The notes beneath the pieces are model-generated. The model worked only from the letters and a program-made list of their open reading frames with translations. It was not told where the DNA came from and did not search any database. The position numbers were made by a program, and so were the translations under genes. A DNA stretch of 64,000 bases from Rhodosorus marinus CCMP1338 (Eukaryota; Plantae; Rhodophyta): the NCBI GenBank assembly GCA_029953675.1, contig JAMWBK010000008.1, positions 1,302,001 through 1,366,000 of the forward strand. Reading direction: 5' to 3'. Numbering within the stretch: the first letter of the stretch is position 1; each line of letters starts with the position of its first letter. This document shows positions 47,901 through 60,181 of this stretch, one piece after another.

Positions 47901-49962
47901 TTTTGACATTGTGAGAAGATCGGCTCCAAAATCTGAAAGGTCGGACTGTGGTCGAAATGCCAAACCTTTGCTAACAACCGTCTATAACCGTCTATGCTAG
48001 GGTTTCAAAAATGCTTGAGAAATCATTTTTGAGCTAGCAGAACGCATGCTAAAGGCGCTCCAGAGCAACAGTCCACTGCCGAAGGCCTCCAAAGGTGGGG
48101 GGGGTTTAGCTACAGATACGTTCAGCTTGCTTGGTTTTCCTCTTTATTTGGGAAGGGGGGAGGGAGGTTAGGGGACGTCTATCTTGGCGTGTTTCTCTCC
48201 AATCAGATGTAATGTGGTCTCGAAGCGCTGTCGAAACCCACAGAAAGATGGTAGAACCGACAGCTATGTTTTCTTTTTTGGGTGCACATCAATATCTGTC
48301 ATGCACCGATCAGCAGGGCTATTTCCAAGCAAGGCCAGGACATCCACACACATCCCACCCGTCAGGTCTAGCTCACAACTCAGTGGCAGCAACTGTTCTA
48401 CACAAACATCATTGGTTCACAAGTCTCTCTGCCCCACATGAGATCTATTCTTGACAACCCGCAACAACATGTGCGTTGAGGCTGGCCCTGTTGAAAACTC
48501 CCGGTGACAGCGGAAATCTGCTGAATCCCTTTCACAGATGCTCGCTTGCCCCTTCTATCCTCGTTTTCTCACGGATTATCGTCATCATGCCATCAGCATC
48601 TGTGGAAATAAAACCGCGAGTGGGATCGAACCAATTTTGACTAGAAGCCAATGCTATTGGCTCTACTCCAGAGAATAGGCGGCTCGCCAGCCGAAGCAGG
48701 TTGATTTAGTCTTCCTCTCCTCGGTGCAGGTTCGGAGGTGTTTCTCTGCAATCGGCGGAAAAATGGTCTCGAACCGTTTACCAGAGCCAACTGTTGGGTA
48801 GTAGATCTCAGCTTGTTTTGCTTTCAGATACGTTGCAATAAGATAAAATTCGAAGCGCAGTCTTTGCTGGGAAGAGTATTCGAAGGTTACTAATGCGTCA
48901 CAATTGGCACTGGGCAGCATCCGCAGGGGAAGCGGACCTGCTTGGCCAAGGGGCATGTGCGTTTGTCAAGGTCAGCGTATATAATTGGGTAGGAGGTAGG
49001 GAAACAAGTCAACATTGGTCCATCATCAATTTTCAGGTCAGTGGGAGATATTCGACTGCCCTGTACATCACTTCAACTGAAACATGAGGGACCCTTCTGA
49101 GTGGTCCCTGCTTATGCGAACGAACAATCGTACAATCCACGTTCACTCATGAATGGAAGGACCCGCACTCACGGGAACGGTGAAGGGAGTTGCGGGGCTA
49201 CAACAAAACATGGGATCATCAACCTTGCTCGAAGATAGGGAAGATGGAAGGGCAAACCTGTGTGAAGTCCTGGGTATTGTTGCTTAGCACCGACGCTTTA
49301 TACCCCGTTCTCAAGCTGGGCACAAGGAAAACCCAGTGAAAAGAGGAGTCTGAGAGCGCAGTGATTCTGCGTAATCCAATAATCACGCGCACATGCTCCA
49401 CTCTTGAGCTGTTATCCAATTATCACTGTGTAATATCAGTATAAGCAAGAATAAGGATGATATATCCAATTATTGTTCGATTTAAGAATATATAGCCAAT
49501 CAACGTATCGAGTAGTCAAAATTATTTAAATATTCAAATCTCACGATGGTTAATACAGAACAGCCATTGTCTCGCACCTCGTCGTAGATCAGCATGTACT
49601 GAGGCCACAATCATTGTGGAAGGCTGCATATCCGATGTTCTCCTGACCTGAAAATGGCCGCGCCAATCTGTGATCAAACCTTGAAGTGATGCCGCTGGAG
49701 AAGATCAACCCAAAGGCTGCGTTGCAGGTTTATAACGACTCAACGACGAACAGGATGGCGGACTTTCTCTGATCAAGTCACTACTAGCAGACCTCTTGAG
49801 GTCGTGAAGAGTTGTAATGCGAAGACAACTCAGCCTTTCCTTCAGTGACTGATGTGTCACACCCCGTGTCTCCGTCCGAGGAATTTGTGCAAGTAGGAAG
49901 ATTGATCTCGGGGCGTTTTCCTCTAATGTGGACGACTGCTGGAGCAACCTTCCAAGGCCAGG

Positions 49963-50999
49963 ATGGTCAGAATTTTGTTGTGGGGTCTTGTCGCTTTAGC
50001 GTGCGCTGAGCTGGCGTGTGTAGTCCGCTCGCATCAGTTTCTGATCGAGGACTACAAATCGCATTGCTACAAGGAAAGTTTTGCTCCTGGCACTGATGTG
50101 GGTTTCTCTTTTCTTCCGGAACAGAAATTATCTAAATGAGAAGCTGAACACTTCCTCCGTGCTTTTGTTCCCTTTAAAATAACTTCTGGTTCCAGGTACG
50201 AGTTGAGTACATCGTCGCTCAGGGAATCGGTGAAGCTCCTCCGGTGGATATTGAGGTACGCCCGCGGAGGGAATAGGACTGCAAGTGTAGAAATTAATTT
50301 GTTCACTCACGCTTTTGACCTGTGAATCTGCAACGCAACTGTGCACGCCTCTTCCAGATCAAGGATGTTAGGGGCAAAGTCAAAGTCCATCACCAAATGA
50401 TCGACCACGGGGCGCTAACTCTCACTACAGAAACGCAAACAAATGGAGAAGGCTACATGTTTTGCTTTCTCCAGAGGCAGCCGCCAGGTGTCCCGGGACT
50501 GAAAAGGTTTCAAAACCGTGACAAGCCACAACACAGAATGGTAGGGCTCTTCTGAGCGACTTAGTTCTGCCCTACCGGAGATGCCCGGGCTGACAATCCA
50601 AAGCGACTTTATCCTTTCAGATAACTCTCAAAGTACATCCCGTAGCGCCTGTCAAGACGTATCCCGAACTCGCAAGGGAGGAGGACTTGCTTCTCATACA
50701 AAAAGCCATTAGCAAGGCCGAGAACAGGATAGAATCGGTGCTGAGGCTCGTAAGTCCTGCCCCAGAGAGAAGAATTTGCCTCCCGTGTAGTTCAGCTTGC
50801 TAACCGGTGTCGGGATGGTTTGCATCCTTTGAAGGTCGAACGCTCGCGTGTGTCTGCCGGAGAGGTCGCGGAGCTCGAGGAACAGACGAGCTTCAGTGTC
50901 ATTGCTTTGGGAGTCCTGTCGAGCGTGGCCATTGCCTTTGGAGGAGCACTTCAAATGTACACCACGACGAGAAAGCTACGTCACGAGAAGGTTATATAA
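49963..50999 (+). CDS. Divergent p24/TMED protein (copy B), 5 exons, absent from the ORF track
   Basis: Manual splicing gives signal peptide MVRILLWGLVALACAELA, HCYKESFAPGTDVRVEY, YMFCF, LAREEDL...AENRIE coiled coil, TMD VIALGVLSSVAIAFGGALQMY and tail RKLRHEKVI. Confidence 0.8.
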
Positions 51000-51208
51000 T
51001 TCCAGGTTGTAGAATGTAGAACGGAAGCTATCGCTGTGAATACCTACATGTAAATGTGCAAAGTCTAAGTCTGTCCTTAGGGCAATCATTTCCCGATACG
51101 CTAAATGCACTGGAAGACACGGAATGAGAAGCAAAGCAGTTAAGAATCCTAGTGGCACATTGCCAAAGAGCGCGTGATGCAAAATTTGGAGAGTACACCT
51201 GAGCTAAG

Positions 51209-53234
51209 TTATTTTAGATCTTTTGAAAACTGCTTGTCGTCGAAAATTGTTCTCCACATGAAGGCCTGTGAAAGGAGCTTGAGATTAAGGGACACGAAGA
51301 TAGCGCGTGAATGTGAGCTCCAAGGAGGTTCGTTCCTCATCGAACTCTGCAGGAATGAGTTTGCGTACCATCTCTACGTCGTTTCGAGTCCAATTCTTCG
51401 TGGGTAGGTTCTGGAGGAACATCACTAACTCCTGGAAATCCATTTCTCTGAGCTCATCGCTGAATCTTGCGAGCAGCGCCGCGCATACGTAAACATGAAA
51501 TACTGCAAAGCCGTCTGGTTCACTCATGTATGTGTCCCAGACGCGCACCATCAGTTCAAACGGGAGCTCTCTCATCAGCAGGCAGTTCAACCAGCGAAAC
51601 GAGAACTGCAAGAATTGTAGATTCTCCTTCTGCAAGTGTTCTCTTAATGCAGGGTCCTGATCACAAGAGGGAACCGGCAGAATCAAATAGAGTTAGAACG
51701 AGCTTGTGAGGAATCTCTAGTCAAGGCCGGTTGGCCCCAACGAGAGAAAACAAAACCGAAGCTCACCACGCGCTGCACGAAATCCTCCAGGTACGCCACT
51801 CGTTTCTGAATTCCAGGCTGGGAGAATGTGAAGTAATCCTGGATTGTCTCTAGGAGGGCTGTTAAACACCAGTATGAATCCGCTTCCGCATAGAACAGCT
51901 GCTCCTCAGAGAAAGCGTCTTCCACACTTCTACGAGAAAGGAGACCACCTTCAGCCTTGGCCTCGTACTGCTCCAAGAGGAAGACATAGACGAATGGCGA
52001 GACCAGGTCGTTCATTCCCTGCGGTTTGCGCATGTAGAAGGTGCTTAGCACAGTTGGAATAAGGAAAGCGCGACAGGCATTTGCTTGGAGCGCATGAGTA
52101 CGAACCTGGACATAACCGGATGCAGGATGCTTCAGCGCCCAGACGAATAGTATTCTTTGTAAGATCTCCTGAACTTGCCTGACATGGAAAAGCTTATGAT
52201 CCGGGCACGTCCTCGGTATGTCAACAGATATTTGCCTAAAAACAGCCTCCTAGAAAGCCAGTTTTCAAGTTGGAGAGAGTTTTCAGGTGCCCGTTATGGA
52301 GCTCTCGTTTTCACATCCCAAGGAACACGAAAGCGGAAAGTTTGGCTTCGCAGAGGAGTAGTTACCTCATCAGGAGACCAGTCCGAAGCTTTCCAATATT
52401 GATCAACCGCATGACGGTAGCTCGTGCGTTTCATGTATAAAGTCTCTTCCCTTCTCGACGCATTTACGGGTAGGTAGTTGAGGAGAAGTTTCCAAGTCTG
52501 AAAAGTGACAGAAAATATGCGGAGCGCAAGCCACTTAGCGGCGGAACTAGGTAGTACTTGAGCTTGTACTGAAACAATGAAAACAAAGCTCGAACCATAG
52601 GCCTAGTCTCATCTTCCAGCCCTTTCCAGGCCAGACGCTTCAGTTTGTCTAGCTCAATGGTTGTTTCTTCTCCCAAGAGCCCTGCCAGTGTCGACTTCAA
52701 CTCCGAAGCTTGTTCAGTGTGGTCTGCCCCTGTTCAATTCGCCACACGAGAAGAACTTGTCAGTAGTCGACTTTCGCTGGCTTTCCCGGAAGGCAAGGGC
52801 ATATACGTACCCGAATCGCCCACTTCTAGGCGCCTACCCAGTTCGTGCTGACTTTCTTGATCGTCTGGTTCCTGGGCCTGGACTGGGGCCTGGTCCGCTC
52901 CCTCCTCGTCTGTGACAACCAATGAAGTCACAGGCTTTTGAACAGGTTGGATTGGAGCCGCATCGTCGAGACCTTCTGGAGCAGATTTTGCGGAATCGCT
53001 TGCGATTCCTGCATCTGCATCGCACTGGTATGAAGCTACCTGCTGACAAACGTATTCTTCACTCAGCTTGGGATTAACGTTATCCTAACAGCTGTAGAAC
53101 GGACTAACCTTTCCGCTGCGGTCTGCAATCCCTGCGAGCTCAAACCAGTTGACATCGACTTCGATTCGTCGCACATGTCCAGGAACCTTACTCACCATTC
53201 GTCTGCGAGATTCAGATTCTACAGACGTCTCCAT
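51209..53234 (-). CDS. TBC1D22: TBC-domain Rab GAP, GYP1/TBC1D22 type, multi-exon
   Basis: IELDKLKRLAWKG, QGMNDLVSPF, EADSYWCLTALL, QDYFTFSQPGIQ, LQFSFRWLNCLLMRE...RVWDTY, FQELVMFLQNLPT. Confidence 0.93.
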
Positions 53235-53522
53235 AATCAAAAACGAGTCCTGAAGAAGTGCTCAGCAGACCCCATCCGGTACTATCCCAATCTCACCGAC
53301 GCAGACCCAACTACGTACGCCTTTACACAAGGCCGACCATCCAGAGTCCAACCACCGCCACCATCGGACGTTGTTCGAAATCTTCTGTCTTAAGAGAGCA
53401 GAGAAGCTAAGGCCAAACCACACGTCTACTTCTTCACGCCAAATCTTGATGAAAATGAGCAGCGTATTAGTCCTGTTCTTCCTGGAGCCCGCAAAGTCCC
53501 AGCGGTCGAAAGTTTGGGGTGG

Positions 53523-54239
53523 ATGCGTGAAACACTCCTGCTGGTCAGTCAACAAGAAGACTCCAGTCTGAACGCTACAGAATCTTATTTAATCCACTAC
53601 ATCGACAAAGTTCGAAATTTGCGGAGAAGCATAAGTTTTCCGTATGTGAAACCACTGCGGCACCACTCGGCAAAGTTCCACTACAAGAAGATGACCGATG
53701 GATACCTACATTTGAGAAGAGGAGTGAAACTTAAGGTTTTACTGTTCTCTTCTGATTCTGCTGTTACGTTCAGACAGATTTCCTACACCAACGGCTCTGA
53801 GTTGATACCATGTTCTCGGCTTGCGGTGATTGATGTTCTTCTTGGCATAGAAAGCGTTGCTTCGGACACGGAACGGACAACGTCCTGAGCTGAGGGTGCG
53901 GGCTTTGGTTGCATGGGAAGCGAGAGCAGTTACAGTATGCTCGCCGAGGATACCTATTGCGAAGATCCCGATTCTTGAGGTGTACGGGATAGGTGGGACT
54001 TTTGTGTAGTCTGGAGAGTGGTACCCGTTATCGACAGCCTATCGGCAAGATCTGAAGTGGTTTTTCGATGTGCTAAAATATAGACATCTCGTGAGCATCG
54101 AGAAAGCGGTGCGAAGCCACGATGTTGCGAAGGTTATTGGATGGGACATCTGTGGAGCTGATGATGTACAGTGGTGTGTAGACTGATCCCATCTTCAGAG
54201 GACTCGTGTCCATGCCGAGCACTACAGCCCAGAGACTAA
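53523..54239 (+). CDS. Possible hypothetical multi-exon protein
   Basis: Successive open frames bounded by plausible GT/AG sites (e.g. GGCATAG then KALLRTR..., GTGTAG then SGEWYPL...RD stop). No recognisable motif. Confidence 0.3.
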
Positions 54240-54242
54240 CAA

Positions 54243-55005
54243 ATGGCTTCCTGCTACCCGTTCGCTTTTGTATTGGAAGATGTCAAGAACTCTTCGTCGA
54301 TAAAGTCGAAGCTAATGTCTGGTGAACTCGAGTGCGCGGTTCTCGACAAGCACCTGGTTATGGACGTGTTTCAGGTTATGGTCGCAGCCCAAATGGCATA
54401 TCAGCGGTGTAAGATTCCTGGAATAGATCTCAAGCTAAAAACAGGGCAAGTCCTGAGGATGTTTAAACTGTTTGCGTAAATAGACACCACCGGCAAAGCT
54501 GCATGTAGAACGATGCACGCTGAAGTTCTTTACAGCCTGTCAGCGATGAAGAGCATCAGCAACGTGTTTGCCACGTTTGGCCTGGATGGGAACCAGCGCG
54601 AACTATTGATAGTCGTTATTAACCCGCACAAAACGAGTATCGAGAAGATACAGAGCAGTATCGATGGCAAAGAGGTTTGGATGAGACCCTCGTTTTTCCT
54701 TCCCGTACCAGAGAGAGGCGCAGGTCCGTCCTAAGCATCACGCTCTTCGATCGAAATAGGTATCAGACATTGAGCGCTCGTTAAGAACGGGCTACGACGA
54801 AGCGAGAATAAGGGAGATCTACAAGGTTGGTCATAAACCTCGTCGCCTGCTATGCCAACGAGCGTAGAGCTCCGGGCTCATGGCATGTGAAGACGGCCTA
54901 ATGAGACTTGGAGCTTTGTTTTCTCAGATTTCAGATACCGAGCTTCAGGCTGGGTCTATCCTCGATGCTGCGCTCTCAAGAATGGCTTCGAAGAGTTTCC
55001 TCTAA
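54243..55005 (+). CDS. CGI121: KEOPS complex subunit CGI121/TPRKB, multi-exon
   Basis: DVKNSSSIKSKL...FQVMVAA, MHAEVLYSLSAMKSISNVFATFG, and IREIYKISDTEL...AALSRMASK. Confidence 0.87.
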
Positions 55006-55051
55006 CAGCGGTGTATATGGTACAGTTTTTACTGAGCTTGCGAACGTCGTT

Positions 55052-56178
55052 CTAATGGTGTGACTCATCCTGCCAAAGCTCTCCGAGCGGTTGATCACTG
55101 ATCTTTCCTAGGACGTCGTCGACAACCTTAATGCACTTCTCATGTACCTAAACGGCGTTAACAGTCAGGAACTGGGTGATCAGTGAAAGATAGTCCACAA
55201 CTGTTCGTGGAGTTGGGCGGGGATGAACGCACCTCGTCCACATCCCCACTACCATCGATTTGATACCAATTCTCCGGCGTGCTGAGCTTCTCAAAGACCT
55301 TGAGAACTTGCTCTTGCATCCCAATCGTTTCGTATCTGTGCGAGCCATAGTGACTTGAAGGGTCAGAAGGATCCGTGATCGCACAGCGATCAAAAAACAG
55401 CGCGCCCAGTGTGCGATCACATAGGTCTTGGCAGAAGAGGAGGTTGCGAGCATCGAAACCACTTACTTTTCGGAACCAAAAGTTCCTCTTGAAGCAGCAA
55501 GTTTGAGAGGTAAAGAAACAAAGAGGACCGCATCTGGTGCTGGTAATCCGCGATCGCATAGTTTACACCACGAGAGGTCGATGCCCTTCGCCGCGGTATA
55601 GGAAACCCCAGAGTAGGCGTACCTAGACGTATTGGAATTTGGTGGTCAAAACGATATGTGTTTTCACTTAGAGATCTCACTTCAAGCTGCTTGAACACTT
55701 GTTAGATTTCACGTCAATGTTATCTTTGGCGCGAGATCTCATGTGATTCGAGTATACCTGTCCATGATCACAGTCGTTCCTCGGTCAATCAGCTGACGAA
55801 GCCGATCGACCTTTTCCCATCTATTCGCTGAGAACAGCAAATGGAGGGCGCGATCGTCCATATCCGCGTCATTTGTTAGGTAGGAGGAGATCATTTTCCC
55901 GATCTGTGTGGTCCTGTCTGGAAACCTCCACGGCTCTGGGACAACATTGGCACCTCGCTTGGCAAGTGCAGAGACAAGCTATGCGTGAGGAACCAAATTG
56001 GAAGACGAAATCACGCTTGAGCAACGCAGGGATTCATCGCATAAAGGGTCAAGTCGCAAATTAAATCTGATTTGGTCTGATTCAGAGAGCCTACCAATTT
56101 TGCTTGAGTCGTCTTCCCGCTATGATCCAGTCCTTCCAGGACGATTAACCCTCCTCTTCGTGTTATCATGTTATCCAT
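55052..56178 (-). CDS. DTYMK: Thymidylate kinase, multi-exon
   Basis: RGGLIVLEGLDHSGKTTQ P-loop, RYAYSGVSYT, GLPAPDAVLF and YETIGMQEQV. Confidence 0.93.
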
Positions 56179-56881
56179 AGCCAAATCTAGGTTGGAGCTT
56201 ATTATCCAGTAACCTCGTCAACCGCAACAGATCGACGTCGACTCAACCAGACCACCTTCCGTCTGTGATCATCCAGAACCCTCTGACATAAAAGTCCAAT
56301 GTCGCAACGCAGCTTTCGTCATCCAAGAGACGAGAAATGGATCATGGGTTTCCTCCGCACGAGCAGGACCACCCCCATGCGAACTAGGCGGGGAGCATTT
56401 CGGGAAGAGCTCTCCGGGTATCCTGAGCTCTATGCTAGCTGCTGGCAAGCAAATGGATGCTTTCCAACCTACCCAAAGCGTTTCCGCCATTCCAACGGGG
56501 TGAGATACCTGAACACCTAGATGCATGCCGATACTGTATACCCCACAGTGTCGGCTTTTGAACTTGTGGAAATACTGTGAAGCAATGGATCGTTGTTGAT
56601 CTAACTGCAACTTGTATCATGGTCTCAATAATTCCCACTGCTGTCTGGATGCAGCACACACACGCATTGCCGGGACGAGTCCTCGCACAAAACTTCATGG
56701 GTTTGCTTTCATACTGGATGTTGTCCTCCTCAGGCATTGTGTGGGGGCCTCAGGACAGAAGTTGTTGAAAACCTAGTTTATCGTCTACAGTGTGATACCC
56801 ATTCAAGTAGGCATCAAGAACATCGTCATGAATTGGCCATTGCACTTAGAAATCTTCACATTCAGCCGCAAGATGCTCGAG

Positions 56882-59780
56882 CTATTGAAGTTCGTCCTCG
56901 AGGTACTGGTATTCGAATGTGAAATCCGTCTTTATCCGTTGGCACCATCCCGTTTCGTAGTCCTTCAGCGCGTAGTCAAAGTACAAATAAGTTCCTTGCT
57001 CGTAATCATCCGTTGTGACCTTGGGTTCCTCGTGTCGTTGGAACCAGGTCAGGTACTTCTTGTGAAATCTCCATGCCTTCTTCTTAAGCTCCCGAGCTGC
57101 AAGGTACTGCTGATACGTTCCTTGCTGATAGTAAAAGATAAAAAATAGCGTATCTACATCGAATTGCTGCGAAAAGTGTATACAATGGCGAGCCGGGAAA
57201 ACATACGACGGGTGGTACGGCCGTTAGCGACCAGTGACGCGATAAACATCGAGTACAAAGCGAATCCAGCCACTCAAAAACTTCTAGGTAACGTCGCAGT
57301 TCCAAAATCCCATCTAGACCACCAACTTACCTGAAAAATCGCAACATTCTCAAAAACTTGTGAGGGGAGAACCGGATATGACGTCGGAACGACAGTAGGA
57401 TTTCTGGGTTTGTACTGCCGGGTCAAGGAGTTGCCAATCTCTGTATCTGCTGACTCTGGAAAGAACCGCATGGCCCGATCAAGTGCTGCCAGCTGGTTCG
57501 ACATTTCCTCCCCGGACAATCCTATGTATCGAAAGTCAATTGGCGGATGAGACAATAGTCATGCAAAGCAAAGATGCGATGGCTGCTTACCGAAGGCCTG
57601 TCCCCCGCCGGCTTGCTGTGTAAGTGGTGCGTTGCTGAATGAGGACCGCAAAAGCTCACTTTCAGAGTGATACACGTCTCCCTGAAGTGCTCCCGATCCT
57701 CCTTGGGGTTCACCTACATCGAGATTCTAAAATGCACATAGAGTGAGTCGAAAGTGCAGGATTCAGATTGACAAGGTCTAGGGTCTGCGCCAGGTCGCAT
57801 CTCAAAACTCTCTGTACCCCATATGCCATCTCGTGTCAAGAGCAATCAAGTCCTGCTAGGATACTGATACACGACTTACTGAAGATGCGCCTATTCGTTG
57901 CAAGCCGCTGGTGAGGTTGAGTTCACTCTTATCAGCAAACGGATCCCTCTCGCCTTCAAGAAAACCCCGCATCGCAAGCGTGTTGCCGGTCAAAGGTAAA
58001 TCTGGGCCCCCACCAGAGGGGCCCATCGGTGCTGGAGACGGTGTTCCGGAGCTGCCCTTCACAATGTTGCTGAGCAACGGTTGCCTGCCTCCAGGTGACT
58101 ATGCAAGCGAATGGTTGTGGATAGCTTGATCAGTAAGGGCTTGCACGACACTATGTAATGTCCCCTCAGATTCTGATAGAAGTATCTTCGGCAATGGTCA
58201 TACGATTTGCGGTGTTGGGGAAAGCTTTGCAGCTTGTGCGCTGGGTGCCTTTTCCGTCCGTACCCCTCCCAACCCGGCGCTGGTTGGAGCACCGGCACTG
58301 GGTGGAGACTTGGCGGTTTGAATCTGCACTGGAGGCATCAACCCCGGCTTCGTTGGTGGCGGAGAGGGCACTGCTTTTGGTGTTGTGGCTGTTCGGCTGA
58401 CTTTAGGCGGGGATGTCGGGATTCCAATGCCTTCGAGCTTCAACGACTGCGAAGAAGTAATAGACAGGATCGCTCGCTATCAGCAAAAGGCGAAACACCA
58501 ACTATCCGGATCAATTGGACACAAAACAAAAACACTAAAACAAACAAACTGGATCCCTGTCTGAAAAAAACCCAGGCAAATATGAAATGGGCAGATGCTT
58601 ACCGGTTTTCGTTCTGGTTCCTTCATTAGCTCCCCATCTTCAGAAAAAAAAACAAAAACAGAACAGACGCCATTAGCATCTCGAAGCAAAAGAGGGCATC
58701 CAGGGCGCGCCTGGCAATGCTGAACAAGTGGCAACTACAAAAATAGCGAGAGTAGTTGCTGTTGCCCGTCGAGGCTACTTAAGAACAGGGAGTTGACGTC
58801 AAGATTGCCGCATGCCTACCTTTGCTTGGTGCCGAAGTCGAAGTGACAGCAACGTTGTCCAGGTCCAGCTCATCGTACATATCCTCTTCTTCCAAGAATC
58901 CCTCCTCTTGATTTGCATCTGCAGTAGCGGGTCAAAAAACGCTCAGAAGCTGCGCACTTACGTGCAAGCTCGACTCGAAAACTGGCCCAGCGTTTCTGCT
59001 TCGAGCATCGCGAAAATCCTACCTATATAATAATCGACGGATTCTTTGAGATCGTTTGCTTGTTGGCAAGATATTGTCTCATTGTCAACGGCTCTCAGAA
59101 TCTTCTCAAGCATTGTGATGTGGAACTGATGACGCTCCGTGTGTTCTCGCAAGGCATCGACCCGATTATTATTCGCTCCACTCTTATTGTTCTTCCTCCC
59201 CGTCAGCGACTCAATCTCAGCTTCGAACTCATCGCACTGATCTCGAAGTCTGGTGATATTGTCGCCAATCCATTCTCGGACACCTCGCTTTTCCCTTTCC
59301 TTCGGATCAGTTCGGTCCTAATTGATTTTTCATGAAGCCAGGGAAGAATCATGTGAGATCCTCCGATTTCGGTGAATCAATCGGAACTCTCGCCCACAGC
59401 AAGAAGTAAATCCGAGGACTAGCAAAACCCCGTCTGCGGATGAGATCACGTACCTGAGCCAGGCCCTCCTTGGAAAACGCCTTTGTCTTAGTTTCTTTCT
59501 CACAAATTTTGAACCTTTCCATTTTTTCCTCAATAATTTTCCTCGCCGAGTCCAATTTGGACTTGTCCTTGATGCTCGAATCTCCCTGCCATGTCTTTAT
59601 ACTATCCCGGAGCCTCTGCAGCTTCTTAATCTCCTTCTTCAAGTCTCCCTCATATTTTTCCTTCTGGCTGGTTGTGGAAGCACTATATACCTTATCCCAA
59701 ATCTGCTCAAAAACAATCACACCCTCATCCACCCTCTTCAACACCTTATCTATCTCCGTCTGTTGTTTCCTATTCGCCAT
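56882..59780 (-). CDS. CNOT3: CCR4-NOT subunit NOT3/NOT5 (CNOT3), multi-exon
   Basis: N-terminal [17 protein letters not shown]...[18 protein letters not shown], and C-terminal NOT box [25 protein letters not shown]...[19 protein letters not shown]. Confidence 0.96.
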
Positions 59781-60021
59781 CCTTCATCTATGCTCCTCTT
59801 CCAATCCAAACCCTAAAAACTCCCCCCAAAATATCAATCCAAGCCGAAACAGTCTCAAACCAACCAAACTCACCCTACAATCCTAAAACCAATCTCAAAT
59901 CCTCACCCAAATCACCACTCTCGTTCCCAACCATCACTCCACAGTCCAACCCATCCCCTATCCAAATTCCCCAGTAGTTGTACTTATCCAAACAAGAAAA
60001 AAAGCAAAACACAAACCAAAA

Positions 60022-60125
60022 CCCTCCCTCCCTCCCCTCCCCGGGCGAAAAAAATCTCACACTACCTGTACATTACATTCCCACCATTCCCCTCCTTCCC
60101 CTCCTTCCCCTCCTTCCCCGCCCCG
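60022..60125 (-). promoter_or_regulatory. Two potential G-quadruplex motifs upstream of CNOT3, including a (CCCCTCCTT)x3 microsatellite
   Basis: Plus strand CCC-T-CCC-T-CCC-T-CCCC-T-CCCC at 60022-60042, and (CCCCTCCTT)3CCCCGCCCC at 60089-60125. Confidence 0.4.
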
Positions 60126-60181
60126 CTCCTCCTGGAAGTCATCACAAAACCTCAGCAACATCTCCAGCAAAAGCTCTCTCG

